Virus record (IMG/VR): IMGVR_UViG_3300028327_000658
Length of the DNA: 64,000 bases
Strand: one strand, 5' to 3'
DNA from: an uncultured virus (IMG/VR IMGVR_UViG_3300028327_000658)
Taxonomy: Duplodnaviria > Heunggongvirae > Uroviricota > Caudoviricetes
Made by a program: the position numbers and the translations under genes
Shown here: positions 61,901 to 64,000 of the stretch, piece by piece
Position numbering within the stretch: position 1 is the first letter of the stretch
How the letters are laid out: the number at the start of each line of letters is the position of its first letter
The notes under the pieces: model-generated
Told to the model about the DNA's origin: nothing
Seen by the model: only the letters and a program-made list of their open reading frames with translations
Databases searched by the model: none

Positions 61901-61984
61901 TAACAAGAAAAAATGATCAAACTCCGGCATAGACGGTATGTTTTTGCCGCGATTAAATTCATTCAAACCACGTGTAGCGTCCAT
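55937..61984 (-). CDS. Polyvalent protein (~2015 aa): DUF4007-like, JAB/RadC, PBECR RNase, ART, zincin peptidase, Toprim primase domains
   Basis: HNHPSGDVTPSDAD (JAB); LKHIYDTHG..GQIPMT..IPDVLAHPD (PBECR); WHGSPH.FDRF..GFGLYFT..GIDGIQY..NYVVFD (ART); TPIHEYGHLW (HExxH); VVEGEIDALS..ALDND..KDANE (Toprim). Start set at ATG 61984 (SD AGGAG). Confidence 0.88.
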   Translation of the reverse strand: MDATRGLNEFNRGKNIPSMPEFDHFFLLSRRFGSSWGDKAWKEFQKFYSDKNFKLFFKDLGLIYDQGGVTGLCDWVNRHGGPHRPLCAGMMAMNLAYNNRLANWALTRLPLCQRFDVNDVKQRLKTDGERYVNSEMMFQNLSKLVSVPPFSDIGFIKVMKEDKEDAKERLTGLYRDVVDVEDGVLLYGIDTYFHAPKNVYRMPGHSDIDEFLADRSNPFQLCGLDVSASDARSRLLQIERNLGGIRVNWGRRENEVYLASHSVDETLEHIDRYQRRPLEDMGLSAAAMDIKFGGADRVKLIDEEVNREIYSLSPRLADEWRLSKRIDMRGQIVETPEDLAALFSVYRHPHLEQTHHIYFADKECTAIAGHNMVSVGLTGISLVYDAETPARGVYNIRDRMNRLNAKGFCVMHNHPSGDVTPSDADKHATSVLAQDLGNLWTRFMGHIILDHDKFSFIHPNLDVEEMSYDGGNSLYLNHPRVSTHGPQEIAKLGAAYIHNEKKTAMLVLSMTNDILGWVPLTESQLHYQNVYQKMREYGGEAVAFVTNDIKMYDKTLDVARDGVHSGHKLCVLDNVWFKDTGKGEVSYVSAREKGHLWFEGGLNASSNRYIKSKLESLKRAGAGFVWAPSADYDVSAVERQNIRFARRDGTSTDAKNLLTMEEARATVPEVIKNWLSNIWNTIIKKTHRNINGKNEIELGPISNKVRDAVNAFYGKSISKQIITLKGLKHIYDTHGSDITKELNDGQIPMTLENIGLIPDVLAHPDYIRKGSKTKRGGYDTLVISKQYADGTLHVVDAIIKNNALEVWTAYTWSKEKTIKKSLTPEVMITVSDDIRFDQRPTMSTFHDQMKVSTEPNSNNNILNFPEKSKKKNNFFSGDYSPTPIPPKEFGQLLDRLGKTGLAKDVITDAEAMRKRLEEEFGEEPAARYMNVWHGSPHAFDRFSTAHIGTGEGTLVYGFGLYFTDLRGIAEGYAKTLSRTTLPIQVFIDGEEVDNSSGTLKRELANIIRFYSGDIKQARDYIVSENNEDWLALIDNKTLQVEMPPSAHNLYEVKIHGDKTADELNFIRWDEPPTASQLQQIMKQAAKESLERLFYRDESTGELMFPGGMRDGEWLYKHELSMVLGSPKAASAFLLRAGIDGIQYPTGYLSNGSHDGSCNYVVFDDAAIEIAEHVRLMSTPKGEVYGFATEDSKIYLDPNKMNANTPIHEYGHLWLDMVKRDNKPLYDRFVEAAQDSDVYRSLRNNEAYKDLNDVQLAEEAAAFAIGNNGEAIFDGERWQTFGERVKACLNDLWQWISERLFDKERKAMVHELAPEQVRDMTFDELAQNAAKDLLSGKQMAEKPTPEPDVSPTLPTKNNGIRFNIQPTPRMAKYFEKCAERLGDTDYPQTRSLNIDVLRRFNVGYDPYFKYGTGSKMWQTLVVPTGNDSFVARNVAADASPADRYRKFGTVQVFNRNALYTSDKPIFVVEGEIDALSIMSVGGEAVALGSVGNIDRFVDMVHNRQPVQPLILALDNDIAGHESAVDLYVKLMVDNDVYCELETEIYGDCKDANELLIKDADRLATIVSAKNQEYEAKKFKPLQQLPSDSTVDYNSTSRDMLDRDFNAVCQLMMDYGSRIEDVGAFFDFYDFRVTDQGYRDVKFLIDRNQVFDSVESACAFMDLRERMCDRFPEFGAEVDKIMGKRVAADVVIGVDSLSLKSDGCNLNMQRHNAVKSDTFLRDYNKVCVLRDYLKSETGFDYAVPSTYAKRMQTDEKWSDYNEVSGTLASLYQDTSKCLQVVKDIGLREFSSAANEPLLNCLQNVSESYKTWESSKWITSVDKKAARLNYMMSDLREACDSRMSRFTMKTVDNVVDYVKKVHNFNLHNITKLAIANTILVKKATPLGLCGTIVQALHKGHDGREWNIQVDKSGMVSKADFLHSGKPLSMIGDIQIKRDVSTGLYTVNCLQKDGKTVCLSNSLDSKTRSNFDFLRVEAEFYSLNKDVQEAVSSYVKNIENELTTGKTVQTVSTGIEFDD
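59379..59407 (+). promoter_or_regulatory. Antisense promoter inside the polyvalent gene
   Basis: TTGCTT-17-TATATT, the same boxes and spacing as the intergenic promoters at 38155, 43589, 52626 and 52703. Confidence 0.7.
59414..59531 (+). ncRNA. Putative structured small RNA (~118 nt) antisense to the linker after the PBECR domain
   Basis: Starts 7 nt after the -10 box. 5' AGAGTTTGGCTC pairs with 3' GAGTCAGACTCT (12 bp, 2 G-U), followed by a T run; internal hairpins at 59434-59453 and 59486-59503. Confidence 0.65.
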
Positions 61985-61997
61985 TCCATATCTCCTA

Positions 61998-64000
61998 TCA
62001 ATTAAACGATATATCGTTATTATTTGACACGCGCTGACTCGGTTTCGCCGCTTCATTGCTATAACTTAGTGTCAGTTCCTTCATTCCAAGTTCAAGTTCC
62101 CGATTCAACGCATACACCTCAACCCGCGCCTTTACCTCCGCTTCCGGTACAGACAGCTTAACAACTCCGGTCATCTTATCCTCGCCGTCGCAACGATACA
62201 CTCCATATATAGGGTTCCCCTTACCCGAACCGTCTCCGCTGTTCAAAATCTTAACACCGTAATCATTAACCTCCAAATCTCCCAAATCCATATTAATTTC
62301 GTTTGTGCCGCAGCCTCTACCTATCAAATTTATATTATCTTTGTCCGCAACCCTCGTTCCTCCATGCATACGGCGGTACTCCATAGCATATTCCCCGGTA
62401 CAATTCATGTTCCAGTCGTACCTCGGCGACCGCTCCAAATGATTAGCCGCGCCGTCATAAACCCGTATCGGCGGAACCCCGGATTCCACAGCTTTCGACA
62501 TCGCCGACTTGCAACTTTCGCTTAAACGTACATTATATACCCCCTCAATCGCTTGAATTGCCTCTCCCGCGTTCCGTACCGCCTCTTGCGAGCTGACAAA
62601 CCGCTCGTACAATATGCCGCGCATCATCCCCTTGTCATAATCCAATCGGTCACTCCAAACCCGAACCGTCTGATGGTTTTGGCATTCTTCCGTCACATAT
62701 TCGTCCAAAACATCACACGCCGTCTCGAATTTCTTTGCCACGGCGGTATTATGTTTTCCGGCCAACTCCAGCGCATAGCCCTTTACCTCATTATATAAAT
62801 CACCTATCCGCTCCGCTTCTGCCATGTATCCAGGAAAACTAAAACCTTTATGTTCCGACCGAATGTCTTTAACTTCTCCTTCGTGCCCGGCCAACCCGAA
62901 CTTTCGTTCAAAATCTCTATACTTCTTAAATTCCTTCTCGCAATCGCAAATAACAGGTTTTACAATATGACGGTTTAATCCGGCATCTTTACACACCAAG
63001 CTGACCATTGCATCATCCACTACCGCGCGTTCATACACAATATCCGACAATCGGCCATAAACCGCCCCACGGCCTTTTAACGTCAATTCCGCGCTATCAG
63101 TTTCTTCCGCAAAAGCCAAATAGCCGCGATCCGCCAACGACTCCAGCATCTCTACAGTTTTATCAATGCTCGCGTAACGCAATACCGTACATGTCCCTTT
63201 ACCTTCCAGCTCTACTAATACCGCTAACTCCATATCTGACAACGGGTTATCTACGTTAACCTCGATATTATCGCTATCGTCAACATCGATACTATCCGCA
63301 TCTACATCACGTTTTTCGGCAGACGTTTCTAATATCTGTCCAACTTTTTTGTTATCCAAAACAAAAACATCTTTGGCCTCCACCCCGTTCATCTCTTTCT
63401 CAATACTGTCCCCTAAATCATCCTCAAAGCGGCCGTGTTCCTTAAAATACTCAAAACGGGCATAAAAACGTTGTTCAGCCGCTTGAATCTCTTCCCGCGT
63501 CATATCACGCAAACCGTCCCACGGAAATTCATACTCCGCTCCGTTAAACTTTTTGCCTACATCCCCGCCCAACAATTTCAATACCTCTCCTAACTTCACC
63601 CGTTTCTCCTGCAATTCCGTTTCTTTCGAAAATCCGCCGCTAAACGACTTACAAAAATCAAGCTCTTTCTGATATTCCTGCACACGTTTCTTGAACACAT
63701 TTAACGTAGTGTCCGTCCGATCATAAACCATATTATGTATTCGCCGACAAAGCCCGACTTCGTCCGTATCGAGAGCCAGCGGGTCAGAGTGTACTTCGTG
63801 CCCCAACCCGTTGCTTCCCACAGATTTAAAATAATATGAACGATAATAGCTCCCGCCGCTGGCGGCGACCGACTCTAACGAGATCCGTGCATTGCCGTAT
63901 GTGCCCAACTCTATGCTGTTGCTTTCCCGCGACATACTGAATTTTTTCAGCGCATCCTTTATTAACGTCCCGGCTTCCTTGCGGGCTGACTCCGTCCCCG
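61998..64000 (-). CDS. C-terminal part of a large DarB-like (SNF2 helicase/methylase-type) protein, truncated by the window edge
   Basis: Frame is open to base 64000 (…RKEAGTLIKDAL…). LCRRIHNM…FSKETELQEKRVKLGEVLKLL resembles the post-helicase region of DarB-like proteins; catalytic motifs are not in the window. Confidence 0.55.
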   Translation of the reverse strand, partial: GTESARKEAGTLIKDALKKFSMSRESNSIELGTYGNARISLESVAASGGSYYRSYYFKSVGSNGLGHEVHSDPLALDTDEVGLCRRIHNMVYDRTDTTLNVFKKRVQEYQKELDFCKSFSGGFSKETELQEKRVKLGEVLKLLGGDVGKKFNGAEYEFPWDGLRDMTREEIQAAEQRFYARFEYFKEHGRFEDDLGDSIEKEMNGVEAKDVFVLDNKKVGQILETSAEKRDVDADSIDVDDSDNIEVNVDNPLSDMELAVLVELEGKGTCTVLRYASIDKTVEMLESLADRGYLAFAEETDSAELTLKGRGAVYGRLSDIVYERAVVDDAMVSLVCKDAGLNRHIVKPVICDCEKEFKKYRDFERKFGLAGHEGEVKDIRSEHKGFSFPGYMAEAERIGDLYNEVKGYALELAGKHNTAVAKKFETACDVLDEYVTEECQNHQTVRVWSDRLDYDKGMMRGILYERFVSSQEAVRNAGEAIQAIEGVYNVRLSESCKSAMSKAVESGVPPIRVYDGAANHLERSPRYDWNMNCTGEYAMEYRRMHGGTRVADKDNINLIGRGCGTNEINMDLGDLEVNDYGVKILNSGDGSGKGNPIYGVYRCDGEDKMTGVVKLSVPEAEVKARVEVYALNRELELGMKELTLSYSNEAAKPSQRVSNNNDISFN

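Larger units (their letters stand above)
2053..64000. mobile_element. Conjugative plasmid (MOBF relaxase, VirB-like T4SS, iteron/Rep_3-like replicon, ParA partition); boundaries not visible
   Basis: Rep with iterons, parA, T4CP, TrwC relaxase, VirB4/6/8/9/10-like genes, topB, ssb and polyvalent proteins occur together. No integrase or att site seen. Bases 1-2000 may be cargo or host flank. Confidence 0.9.

Overview
The window is most of a large conjugative plasmid, or a plasmid-like element. Its backbone has an iteron array and a Rep_3-like initiator (43.2-45.3 kb), a ParA plus ribbon-helix-helix (RHH) partition pair, and a MOBF module (candidate oriT, RHH accessory protein, TrwB/TraD coupling protein, TrwC relaxase-helicase). 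A ~31 kb minus-strand run from topB to ssb encodes an atypical, paralog-rich VirB-like type IV secretion system (T4SS). The right end holds an Mpi-like serine invertase, a ~2015-aa polyvalent protein (DUF4007-like, JAB, PBECR RNase, ART, zincin, Toprim) and the C-terminal part of a probable DarB-like protein. Three signals go beyond routine annotation. (1) Five dispersed type I-C CRISPR-repeat-like hairpins, with no cas genes in the window, all in the sense orientation of the transfer-gene run; three sit in-frame inside proteins. (2) A promoter, structured ~118-nt RNA and U-tract unit hidden antisense inside the polyvalent gene, right after its RNase domain (candidate RNA antitoxin). (3) An Rpn nuclease gene with an internal RpnS-type start, followed by a stand-alone, synonymously diverged second RpnS-like gene. 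All family calls come from motif recognition by eye; no database searches were run. The gene families at the left end loosely suggest a Fibrobacterota/termite-gut type host, which is a weak inference.
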